Below are positions 25,121 to 33,594 of a stretch of 64,000 nucleotides of DNA, one piece after another. Within the stretch, counting starts at the first letter, position 1; the number at the start of each line of letters is the position of its first letter. The stretch is from Terriglobales bacterium (lineage in GTDB: Bacteria; Acidobacteriota; Terriglobia; Terriglobales; Acidobacteriaceae), in NCBI GenBank assembly GCA_049509755.1, contig JBEKZP010000001.1, forward strand, positions 208,210 through 272,209. Reading direction: 5' to 3'. The position numbers and the translations under genes are program-made. The notes under the pieces are model-generated. The model was not told the DNA's origin. It did not search any database and was given only the letters and a program-made list of their open reading frames with translations.

Positions 25121-28000
25121 CTAGTCCGAAGCAACGGCCTTGCGCACGCCGCCGGCCCGCGTGGTGCGCGGTTTCTGTTTCCCTTGCTCGTGGATCGCCT
25201 TGAGCACCATCTCCGGCCGGATGGGCAACTGCCGGAAGCGGATTCCGATGGCGTGGTAAATCGCGTTGGCGATTGCCGGCGCCGGGCCGTTGATCGGTAC
25301 CTCGGCGATGGACTTCGCGCCGTAGGGCCCGAGCGGCTCCTCGGTCTCCACCAGGATGGTGGTGAGCTTGGGCATGTCTTTCGCCGAAAAAACTTTGTAG
25401 TCGAGAAAATTCGGGTTGATCATGCGGCCGGTTTCATCGAGCAGCATTTCCTCGGTGAGCGCGTAGCCCAACCCTTGCGCCACCGCGCCTTCCGCTTGTC
25501 CTTCGGCCGCCATGGGATTGATGGCAACGCCGCAATCAACCGCGGTGACCAGTTCCAGGACGCGCACCTTGCCGGTTTCGGTGTCCACCTCGACTTCGGC
25601 GAAGGTGGCGCAGAACGGCGGCGGGCTGTCGGTGTTCCAGTGCGAGGCGCCTTCCATGATCTGGACTTTGTCCTTGTACATGGCGTGGCGCGCGACATCG
25701 GCCATGCTGACGGCCTTGCGGCACTCGCAGACGGTGAACGCTTCGTTGTTGCCGAGGTTGACCTTTTCGGGCGTGACCTCGAGCAGGCGCGCGGCGACAT
25801 CGAGAATCTGCGCGCGAACTTTTTCCGCCGCTTTCTTCACCGCGCCGCCGGAAATGATAGTCGTGCTGGAGGCGTAAGCGCCGACGTCGAAGGGCGTGAA
25901 GTCGGTGTCGCCGGAGCAGACGATCATCTTGTCGAGCGTGACGCCCAGGGTTTCGGCGGCGATCTGCGCCAATACGGTGTCGGCGCCCGTGCCAAGATCG
26001 GCCGCCCCGACCTGCAGGTTGAAGGAGCCGTCTTCGTTGATCTTCAGCAGCGCGGCGGCCCAGTCCACGCCGGCGATGCCGCTGCCCTGGATGGAACACG
26101 CCACGCCGACGCCCCGGCGCAGGTGCGTCGGCTTGCCCGGCAGCGCAGTCCGTTTCCGCTCCCAATCAATCGCCTTGGCGCCGCGCTCCAGGCACCCGGG
26201 CATGCCGCAAGTCCGGATGTGGCGCGGCAGTCCTTTGCGTCCTTCGCCGAGTTCGGCGGAGAGTGCGTCGATGTCGCCCTCGCGGATCAGGTTGCGCCGC
26301 CGCAGTTCGATGGGATCCAGGCCGAGCTCGTGCGCGATCTCGTCAATCACGCTCTCCTGCGCGAAGAAGCCTTGCGGGCAGCCGTATCCGCGGAACGCGC
26401 CCGCGACCGGGCAGTTGGTGTACACCACGGTGCAGTCGAACTTCATGTTGGGCGCACGGTAGAGCGGCAGCACCTTGCTGCCGGTATTGCCCTGCACCGT
26501 CGCGGAGTGGCTGCCGTAGGCGCCGGTGGTTGCGAGCACCGACATCTGGTTGGCCACGATGGTGCCGTCGCGCTTGGCGCCGATCTTCACGCGCAAAATT
26601 TGCGGATGCCGGCTGCGCGCCATGTAGAACTCTTCCTCGCGCGTGTACTCGATCTTGACCGGACGCCGCGCGGCCAGCGCGAGCGCGCCGGTGATGTCCT
26701 CGAGCAGCATTTCCTGTTTGCCGCCGAAGCCGCCGCCGATGCGCGGCTTGATCAGCCGGACCTTCTGCACCGGCAGTTGCAGGATCATCGCCACCTGCCG
26801 GCGCGAGTGGAACGGCACCTGCGTGCTGCTGCGGATGGTGAGGCGCCCATCTTCGTCGAGCCAGGCGATGGAGACGTGCGGCTCCATCATCGCGTGCTGC
26901 TGGCGGTGGGTGCGGAATTCGCGCTCGATGACCACGTCGGCCTGGCGGAATGCCTCGTCAACGTTGCCCAGTTCTTTCTTGATGAACGCGGCGACGTTGT
27001 GCTTGGCATCGTGAATGCCGGTGGAGTCGGGTTCGTCATGGATGACCGGCGCGCCCGGCTTGGTGGCCTGCTCCATGTCGAGGATGGCGGGCAGGACCTC
27101 GTAATCCACCTTGATCAGGCGCAGCGCTTCTTCGGCGATGGCGCGCGATTCGGCGGCAACGGCCGCCACGCGGTCGCCGACGAAACGGACTTTGGAATCG
27201 AGCAAGTAAGTATCGTAAGGCGATGGTTCCGGCCAGCTCTGGCCGGCGGTGGTATGCGGCACCCGCGGAACGTCCTTGTAGGTAAGGACTGCGTGCACGC
27301 CGGGCAACGCGCGGGCCTTGCTGACGTCGATGCGCTTGATGCGCGCGTGCGCGTGCGGGCTGGGCAGGATTTTGCCGATCAGCATGCCCGGCATGTGGAC
27401 GTCGTCGGTAAAGCACGGCCGCCCGGTGACCAGCTTCACGCCATCGGGTTTCTGCAAGGAGTGCCCGACGACCAGGTGACGGCCCGCGGCGGGAGTTTCC
27501 TCGCAATGCCTGGGGCCGTTCTGCGAGACGGCCAGGACAGCCTCCACCGGCTTCTTGAAACCGGTGCAGCGGCAGAAATTGCCGGAGAGCATGTCGCGAA
27601 CTTCCTCTTCGCCGGCGTGCGGATGCTCGCGCAGCAGGGCCTTGGTGTTGAGGATCATGCCGGGTGTGCAGAAGCCGCACTGCGCCGCGCCGTGGTCGAG
27701 AAACGCCTGCTGCACGGGATCGAGCGTATCGCCGTGCGCGATCGCTTCGACGGTGGTGATCTCGCAGCCGTTCGCCTGGGCGGCAAAAACGACGCACGAG
27801 TTCACCGGCTTTTCGTTCAGCAGCACGGTGCAGCAGCCGCACTCGCCGGTTTCGCAGCCGCGCTTCACGCCGAAATAACCTTCGCGACGGAGCACATCCA
27901 GCAGCAGGTCGCCCGGAGCGATGGTCCACTCGCGGGTTTCGCCGTTGATGCGAACCTTCAGCGCAATCGAGTTCTTGCGGTGTCCGTTGCGGCCGCTCAT
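25121..28000 (-). CDS. xdhD: XdhD-type fused molybdenum hydroxylase: an N-terminal [2Fe-2S] ferredoxin-like domain plus the molybdopterin-binding large subunit
   Basis: CETGECGCCTV and GAAQCGFCTPGM [2Fe-2S] motifs followed by ~800 aa of aldehyde oxidase/xanthine dehydrogenase MoCo-binding domains. There is an ATGA overlap with ygfM. Confidence 0.85.
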   Translation of the reverse strand: MSGRNGHRKNSIALKVRINGETREWTIAPGDLLLDVLRREGYFGVKRGCETGECGCCTVLLNEKPVNSCVVFAAQANGCEITTVEAIAHGDTLDPVQQAFLDHGAAQCGFCTPGMILNTKALLREHPHAGEEEVRDMLSGNFCRCTGFKKPVEAVLAVSQNGPRHCEETPAAGRHLVVGHSLQKPDGVKLVTGRPCFTDDVHMPGMLIGKILPSPHAHARIKRIDVSKARALPGVHAVLTYKDVPRVPHTTAGQSWPEPSPYDTYLLDSKVRFVGDRVAAVAAESRAIAEEALRLIKVDYEVLPAILDMEQATKPGAPVIHDEPDSTGIHDAKHNVAAFIKKELGNVDEAFRQADVVIEREFRTHRQQHAMMEPHVSIAWLDEDGRLTIRSSTQVPFHSRRQVAMILQLPVQKVRLIKPRIGGGFGGKQEMLLEDITGALALAARRPVKIEYTREEEFYMARSRHPQILRVKIGAKRDGTIVANQMSVLATTGAYGSHSATVQGNTGSKVLPLYRAPNMKFDCTVVYTNCPVAGAFRGYGCPQGFFAQESVIDEIAHELGLDPIELRRRNLIREGDIDALSAELGEGRKGLPRHIRTCGMPGCLERGAKAIDWERKRTALPGKPTHLRRGVGVACSIQGSGIAGVDWAAALLKINEDGSFNLQVGAADLGTGADTVLAQIAAETLGVTLDKMIVCSGDTDFTPFDVGAYASSTTIISGGAVKKAAEKVRAQILDVAARLLEVTPEKVNLGNNEAFTVCECRKAVSMADVARHAMYKDKVQIMEGASHWNTDSPPPFCATFAEVEVDTETGKVRVLELVTAVDCGVAINPMAAEGQAEGAVAQGLGYALTEEMLLDETGRMINPNFLDYKVFSAKDMPKLTTILVETEEPLGPYGAKSIAEVPINGPAPAIANAIYHAIGIRFRQLPIRPEMVLKAIHEQGKQKPRTTRAGGVRKAVASD

Positions 28001-28929
28001 AGGGTGTACTCCGCTTGCTGGGCGCACGCGAGGAGAGCGCGGCGGGCCAGCACCTGGCTGATCTCGCGGCGGTACTCCGCCGAGGCGCGCTGATCGGTAA
28101 TCGGCTGGACTTCGCGCGCAACGGATTCGGCGGCGCGATCGATCAGATCGCGGGTGAGGGCTTTGTCGACGAGCAGCGCTTCAGCCTGATCCGCGCGCAT
28201 GGGGGCGGGGGCCACAGCGCCGAGCGCGAGGCGTGCCCACGCGCACGTGCCATCGCGCGCGATGCCCAGGCCGGCGGCAACATTGACCACGGCGATGTCG
28301 GTTTCGGTCCGCCCGAACTTTTGGAACGACCACCCGGCCCGGCCTTTGTTCCTGGGGACGAAGACCTGCACCAGCAGTCCACCGTTGATGCGCCGCTTCT
28401 GCGGCAAAGCGAAAAATTCGCGCAGCGTGATGCGGCGGCGGCCGTTCTTGGTTTGCACGACGACCGATGCGTCCATGGTGAGCAGCGGTGTCGCGGTATC
28501 GGCCGCGGGGGAACCGTTGGCCAGATTTCCGCCGATGGTTGCCAGGTTGCGAATCTGGATGGACCCGCAGGTGGCGGCGGCACGGGAAAGAATGCCGCCG
28601 GCGAGTCCACGTACGATCGGCGAATGTTCCAGCGCCGACATGGTGCAGGCGGCCCCGATGTCGCATCCGTTGCCGTCGCGGCGGATGTAGTCGAGGCCGA
28701 GATGCTTGACGTCAACCAGGAACCGGACGGAGCGGTCTCGCAGCAGCGCAAGATCGGTGCCGCCGGCAAGAACGCGGCCCGGGCCGCTGTGCAGCAGGCG
28801 CACCGCCTCGCGGACGCTCCTCGGCTGGTAGAAAGCTTGAATGTGGTCGAACACTGCGTTCTCCAATCTCCGCGTGAGGGGGAGCCCGGGTGAGAACTGC
28901 AAAATTGGTGAGCTAAGACAAACGGTCAA
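27997..28929 (-). CDS. ygfM: FAD-binding subunit of the molybdenum hydroxylase (YgfM / CoxM family). The start is uncertain
   Basis: AGGTDLALL...IRNLATIGGNLANGSPAADTATPLL FAD-binding motifs of the CO dehydrogenase flavoprotein family. Confidence 0.8.
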   Translation of the reverse strand: MTVCLSSPILQFSPGLPLTRRLENAVFDHIQAFYQPRSVREAVRLLHSGPGRVLAGGTDLALLRDRSVRFLVDVKHLGLDYIRRDGNGCDIGAACTMSALEHSPIVRGLAGGILSRAAATCGSIQIRNLATIGGNLANGSPAADTATPLLTMDASVVVQTKNGRRRITLREFFALPQKRRINGGLLVQVFVPRNKGRAGWSFQKFGRTETDIAVVNVAAGLGIARDGTCAWARLALGAVAPAPMRADQAEALLVDKALTRDLIDRAAESVAREVQPITDQRASAEYRREISQVLARRALLACAQQAEYTL

Positions 28930-28941
28930 TATATCAAAATA

Positions 28942-30324
28942 TCAAAGCAGCGGAGGGCGGCCAACGATTTTTGCGGCGATGCGGCGGTGACGGTGCAGGA
29001 TCGGGACAAGCGAAACCCCTTGCAGGACGCCGCCTTCCACCACCACCCGTCCCTCGATGATTAAGCTGGTTACGCGGGTGGGCGCGCATAGCAGCAGGGC
29101 GGAGAGCGCGTCCTCGGCGCCGCTGTAGCCGATGTCGCGCAAATCGAAAAGCGCGATGTCGGCGCGCTTGCCCACCGCGATGCTGCCGATGTCGTCGCGG
29201 CCAAGACAGCGCGCGCCCTCCAGGGTGGCCATGCGCAGGGCGTCGTGCACCGTGATGGCGGAAGCGCCGCGCGCCAGCCGGTTCAACAGCAATGCCTGGC
29301 GCGCCTCGGCCAGCATGTTGGAGCTGTCGTTGGACGCGCTGCCGTCCACGCCCAGCCCGACCGGCGATCCGGCGCGCTGCAACTTTTCCACCGGACAGAT
29401 CCCCGAGGCCAGGCGCATGTTCGAGGTCGGACAGTGCGCCACACCGACCCCCGCGCGGCCAAGGCGGCCACATTCGCCGGCGTTGAAATAAATTCCATGT
29501 GCTACCCAGGTGTCTTCGTGCAGCCAGCCGCAGTCGCGGAAAAAGTCCAGCGGGCGCTTGCGGAAGCACTTGCGGCAGTACTCTTCCTCGTCACGCGTCT
29601 CCGCCAGATGGGTGTGCAGGCGGATGCCGTGCCGACGGGCGAGCGCGGCGGTCTGGCGCATCAGTTCCGCGTCCACCGTGAAGGGAGAACACGGCGCGAG
29701 CGCAATGCGCAGCATCGAGCCCGGGCGCGGGTCGTGAAATTTGCGAATCACGCGTTCGGAGTCTTCCAGGATTTCGTCCGTGGTCTGCACGACAGAGTCG
29801 GGCGGCAGTCCACCGCGGCTGACGCCCACGTTCATACTGCCGCGCGTAGGATGAAAACGGATGCCGAGGCGGCGAGCCGCTCCGATTTCGGCGTCAATCA
29901 GCTTCTTCTGCCCGCGCGGAAAAAGATAATGATGATCGGTTGTCGTGGTGCAACCGCTGAGCATCAGTTCCGCCATGCCGACCAGCGCCGCCGTGTGCAC
30001 CGCTTCCTCGTCAATGCGCGCCCAGCGCGGATAAAGCGTGGTCAGCCAATCGAACAATTCGGCATTCGCGGCGGCGGTGCAGGCGCGCGTCAGCGTCTGA
30101 AACAAATGGTGATGGGTGTTGATGAGCCCCGGCACGGCGACGGCGTAGGGCGCGCGAATCGTCTTTTCAGCACGCAGGCCGGGCGGAACACGCGTGCCCA
30201 CTTTCTTGATTTCGCCGTTTTCGGCATAGACGAACGCCCCGTGCAGCAGCGCTTCTCCCTGCATCGAGACCAGGGTGTGAATGTCGCGGATGAGCAGCGA
30301 ATCGGGCGTGGGCTTCGGGCTCAT
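28942..30324 (-). CDS. Amidohydrolase of the chlorohydrolase/deaminase family (guanine or 8-oxoguanine deaminase-like). The ORF track extends to 31017 but the true start is MSPKPT at 30324
   Basis: PGLINTHHHLFQT metal-binding motif and a ~460 aa length. The upstream 230 in-frame codons are Arg/Gly junk that overlap the next gene. Confidence 0.75.
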   Translation of the reverse strand: MSPKPTPDSLLIRDIHTLVSMQGEALLHGAFVYAENGEIKKVGTRVPPGLRAEKTIRAPYAVAVPGLINTHHHLFQTLTRACTAAANAELFDWLTTLYPRWARIDEEAVHTAALVGMAELMLSGCTTTTDHHYLFPRGQKKLIDAEIGAARRLGIRFHPTRGSMNVGVSRGGLPPDSVVQTTDEILEDSERVIRKFHDPRPGSMLRIALAPCSPFTVDAELMRQTAALARRHGIRLHTHLAETRDEEEYCRKCFRKRPLDFFRDCGWLHEDTWVAHGIYFNAGECGRLGRAGVGVAHCPTSNMRLASGICPVEKLQRAGSPVGLGVDGSASNDSSNMLAEARQALLLNRLARGASAITVHDALRMATLEGARCLGRDDIGSIAVGKRADIALFDLRDIGYSGAEDALSALLLCAPTRVTSLIIEGRVVVEGGVLQGVSLVPILHRHRRIAAKIVGRPPLL

Positions 30325-31592
30325 GAGGTGGCGGCGGATTTTGCCGAGGGAATCAGGCCCTGACGCGCCAGGATCTCCTCCAGGCCGCTGCCGTCGGGCG
30401 GAACTTCGAATGGCTTGCTGACCGCCTGCTGTGCGGCGCGAATATCCTTCAGCCCACTGCCGGTCACGACTGCCAGTGCGCGAGATTTGCGCGGCACCAG
30501 GCCCTCGCTCAGCGCCCGCTTCAATCCGGCGACGGCGGTGGCGGCCGCGGGTTCGGCAAACACTCCGGTCAGATGGCCGGTGTAGCTCATGGCATCCAGG
30601 ATTTCGTCGTCGGCGACATTGATCATGGCGCCGCCGGACTCCTCGATCGCCAGCACCGCTTTTTTCCAATTGCGCGGCACTCCGACGGCGATGCTGTCGG
30701 CGATGGTGTTCGGCTCCATGGGCTTCATCGGACTGCGACTGCGAAACGCTTCGGTGACCGGAGCCGCGCCCGCCGCCTGGACTCCGAGCATGCGCGGGGT
30801 GCGCGCGATCAAGCCGATGGTTTTCAATTCGCGAAACGCTTTCCATGCGCCGGCGATGGTGCAGCCGTCGCCCACCGAGATGGCAATCCAGTCCGGCGGA
30901 TTCCACACGAGCTGTTCCGCGATCTCCAGCCCGACCGTCTTCTTGCCTTCCACCAGGTAAGGATTGACGGCGCAATTTCGGTTGTACCAGCCCCAGCGCT
31001 CGCACGATTGCTGGCACAGTTCGTAGGCCTGCTCGTAGCTGCCGCCAACGCGCAGCACGGTGGCGCCGAAGATGAGCAGTTGAGTGACCTTGGGCTCGGG
31101 CGCGCGCTGCGGCACGAAAATCGCGCTGCGCAATCCCATGCTCGCCGCCATGCCCGCCAGCGACGAGGCGGCATTGCCGGTGCTGGCGCAGGCGATGATC
31201 TTGCGGCGCTTCTCCACCGCCTTCACCACGCCGAGCGAACTGGCGCGGTCTTTCAGCGAGCCGGTGGGATTGCGGCCGTCGTCCTTGATGAACAGTTCAC
31301 GAACTCCCAAATGGCGCGCCAGCCGGCCGGCTGCGACGATCGGTGTCCATCCCACCGACAGCGATGGCAACTGCGCGCGCTCAGCAATGGGCAGCAACTC
31401 GCGGTAACGCCAGTGGCTGTGATCGGTGCGCGCCGCGAGCTTGCGGCGGGTGAGCGCCTTCCGAATGGCGCGGTAATCGTATTGCACATCGAGAATGCCG
31501 GTGATGCCGCACTGCGGACAGGTGTATCCGACGCGGGGAGAAAATTGCGAGCGGCAAAAAACGCAGACCAGCCCTGTGACGAAGTTCGGCAT
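30321..31592 (-). CDS. Threonine-synthase-like PLP enzyme with an N-terminal Cys4 zinc ribbon. Start at Met25
   Basis: CVFCRSQF...CPQCG zinc ribbon, the TGSLKDRA PLP-lysine motif and ACASTGNAASSLAGMAA. Confidence 0.7.
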   Translation of the reverse strand: MPNFVTGLVCVFCRSQFSPRVGYTCPQCGITGILDVQYDYRAIRKALTRRKLAARTDHSHWRYRELLPIAERAQLPSLSVGWTPIVAAGRLARHLGVRELFIKDDGRNPTGSLKDRASSLGVVKAVEKRRKIIACASTGNAASSLAGMAASMGLRSAIFVPQRAPEPKVTQLLIFGATVLRVGGSYEQAYELCQQSCERWGWYNRNCAVNPYLVEGKKTVGLEIAEQLVWNPPDWIAISVGDGCTIAGAWKAFRELKTIGLIARTPRMLGVQAAGAAPVTEAFRSRSPMKPMEPNTIADSIAVGVPRNWKKAVLAIEESGGAMINVADDEILDAMSYTGHLTGVFAEPAAATAVAGLKRALSEGLVPRKSRALAVVTGSGLKDIRAAQQAVSKPFEVPPDGSGLEEILARQGLIPSAKSAATS

Positions 31593-31830
31593 GGGTGAGG
31601 ATAGTGTGCGCTGCCAATATACAGCGGAATGGGGGGAGTACCGAGTGCCGAGCGGTGGTTTCAAAAGTCGGCCAGGGGGTCGGAGGTTAATCCCTCAGGG
31701 GCTAAAGCCCACTATTCTTGCGGCCTCGAGCGGCACGGCTGAAGCCGTGCCCTTCCCAAAAACCGATTATTGAAACCAGTTCTAGTACCGAGTACCGAGC
31801 TGTGCGGATGACGGGCGGAATTGGAGAGCG

Positions 31831-32454
31831 CTAGTGAGTCGATGCGCCGGACTGAGCCGCCGAAGAGGGCGCCACCGGCATGAGCCGGCCGACGGCGTGG
31901 ACCGTGATCTCAACCTTGTCGCTGACTCGCAGGAGCAGCACGCTCGGGTTCTTCATGCCCCATTGCTGGTACGGGACCACGAAGCGCAGGTCGGCGGAGA
32001 CCTGGTCGCCATTGATCTGCACCGCACCGGTGGCGGTCATGGCGTGGGTCTGGCCGTGCATCGTCATCAGCCCCTGGATTTCCAACTGCGATGCGCCTGC
32101 ACCCGGGATTTTTCCGATCACGTGCTGCGGTTGGAAGGTGATGTCGGGATACGTGGCGCTCTCCAGCACCTGCTGATGCATTTTGCGATCGCGGCCCTTG
32201 CTGCCGCTTTCGCCGGTGGTGGCGTCCACGGTCAACTGGCCGGAAGCGCCGCCGTTCTGCGCATCGAAGCGCAGGAAACCATTCTTCAAATGAAAATCGC
32301 CGTGGACGGTGTGCACCACATCGGCAAGAAGAAAATCGACGTGCGACTGCGCAGGATCAAGTTCGAACGCCAACTCCTGCGCGACGCTTGTCGCCGCGAA
32401 GCCAGCCACCGCCATGATGCATGCGGCAACCACGATTTGATAACGACGTAACAT
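31831..32454 (-). CDS. YceI-like periplasmic protein
   Basis: Signal peptide followed by the conserved YceI-family fold. No contradicting motifs were seen. Confidence 0.7.
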   Translation of the reverse strand: MLRRYQIVVAACIMAVAGFAATSVAQELAFELDPAQSHVDFLLADVVHTVHGDFHLKNGFLRFDAQNGGASGQLTVDATTGESGSKGRDRKMHQQVLESATYPDITFQPQHVIGKIPGAGASQLEIQGLMTMHGQTHAMTATGAVQINGDQVSADLRFVVPYQQWGMKNPSVLLLRVSDKVEITVHAVGRLMPVAPSSAAQSGASTH

Positions 32455-32473
32455 AGGTTCTTGCTCCGGTCGT

Positions 32474-33592
32474 TCAGGCCGTCAAAATCTCCCACCCCAA
32501 GTCCAGGAATCCGGGAATCGCAAACTTCAGCAACGAGAGTTCGCCGACGTGAACCGCCAGAAGCTGCCGGAAGAGGCTGGGTTTCGCGGCCAGCGCGCGC
32601 AACGCACGCCGGCGCACCCACGGGCGCTTGTCCATCAGCAACAGGGTGCGTCCCATGAAGTGGGGCACCCTGCGAATGTCGTCGTGCGCCGCCTGGTAGA
32701 GGGAAAGGTTGTCGGCGGCGAGCGCACGCGCGAGCGCGATGGCCTGGCGAAAACACATGGCGAGTCCCTCGCCGGTGATGGCGTCCGACGAACCGGAAGC
32801 TTCGCCGACCAGCGCGAACCGGCCGCGCGCCACCGACTTCAGCTTGCGAGTCACAGTGACCGCGCCCTTCACCTCGGTGGTGGTGTGCGCAGTTCCCAGC
32901 CGGCGGCGAAGGGCCGGAAATTCCTGCAGCGCGGAAGCGAAGTCGCCCACCGGTTGCCTGGAGAGCAGCGCGACGCAAACCTCGCGCGTCCCAATCGGAG
33001 TCACGTAGGCCTGGTTGTGCTCGCCCCAGTAAATCTCGACGTATTCGCTCCACGGCTCAATCGCGAAATGCAGCCGCACGCCGAGGCGGCGGTCGAATTC
33101 GCGTTCGCCGGTCAGCCCCGCCCAACGGCGCACCTGCGAGTTCTGGCCGTCGGCGCCGATAATCCAGCCGCACGGCACCGCTCGGCCGTCCACCAGCACC
33201 GCGCCATCGCGCACGGCCGCAACCCGCGCGCCCCACAACATGGTTACGCCGGCATCCTGCGCGCCTTGCACCAGGGCTTGATGCAGCAGAGTCCGGCGGA
33301 TGCCGACGCCGCGGCCATGCGGGAAGTCGGCTTCGACAACGCCTTGGTCACCGATAAAACGAATGCCGCGAAACGCGCCGGTGTCCAGATCGTCGAGATC
33401 GAGGCCAAGCTCGCGCAGGGCGGCGACGGAATCGGGCATCAGACCCTCGCCGCAGGCCTTGTCAATGGGCGGGCGAAACACGTCGGCAACGGTGACGTGA
33501 AACCCCTGCCGGCGCGCCGCAATGGCTGCGGCAAGTCCGGCGGGTCCACCGCCGACGACGAATACATCGGTTCGCTGGGGGACGGCCGACAT
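32474..33592 (-). CDS. FAD-dependent oxidoreductase (geranylgeranyl reductase / aromatic monooxygenase family). Start at MMSAVPQ
   Basis: DVFVVGGGPAGLAAAIAARRQG Rossmann motif, GADGQNSQVRR, and a ~372 aa length. Confidence 0.75.
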   Translation of the reverse strand: MSAVPQRTDVFVVGGGPAGLAAAIAARRQGFHVTVADVFRPPIDKACGEGLMPDSVAALRELGLDLDDLDTGAFRGIRFIGDQGVVEADFPHGRGVGIRRTLLHQALVQGAQDAGVTMLWGARVAAVRDGAVLVDGRAVPCGWIIGADGQNSQVRRWAGLTGEREFDRRLGVRLHFAIEPWSEYVEIYWGEHNQAYVTPIGTREVCVALLSRQPVGDFASALQEFPALRRRLGTAHTTTEVKGAVTVTRKLKSVARGRFALVGEASGSSDAITGEGLAMCFRQAIALARALAADNLSLYQAAHDDIRRVPHFMGRTLLLMDKRPWVRRRALRALAAKPSLFRQLLAVHVGELSLLKFAIPGFLDLGWEILTA

Positions 33593-33594
33593 CA

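Noticed and set aside
24104-28093. A 1329-aa plus-strand ORF, and similar long plus-strand ORFs at 21709..23775, 19139..19738, 35896..37041, 58339..59856 and 9749..10864
   Set aside because: They are antisense to minus-strand genes with clear family-level similarity (YgeY, XdhD, YgfK, SsnA, aminotransferase, PBP1A, cytidylate-kinase-like). Their translations are Arg/Ala/Gly-rich low-complexity strings typical of stop-codon-poor reverse frames in high-GC DNA.
28942-31017. A 691-aa ORF suggesting a giant amidohydrolase fused to an upstream Arg/Gly-rich domain
   Set aside because: The first ~230 codons are low-complexity read-through that overlaps the ThrC-like gene in another frame. The clean MSPKPT start at 30324 forms an ATGA junction with the upstream stop and gives a canonical 461-aa amidohydrolase.
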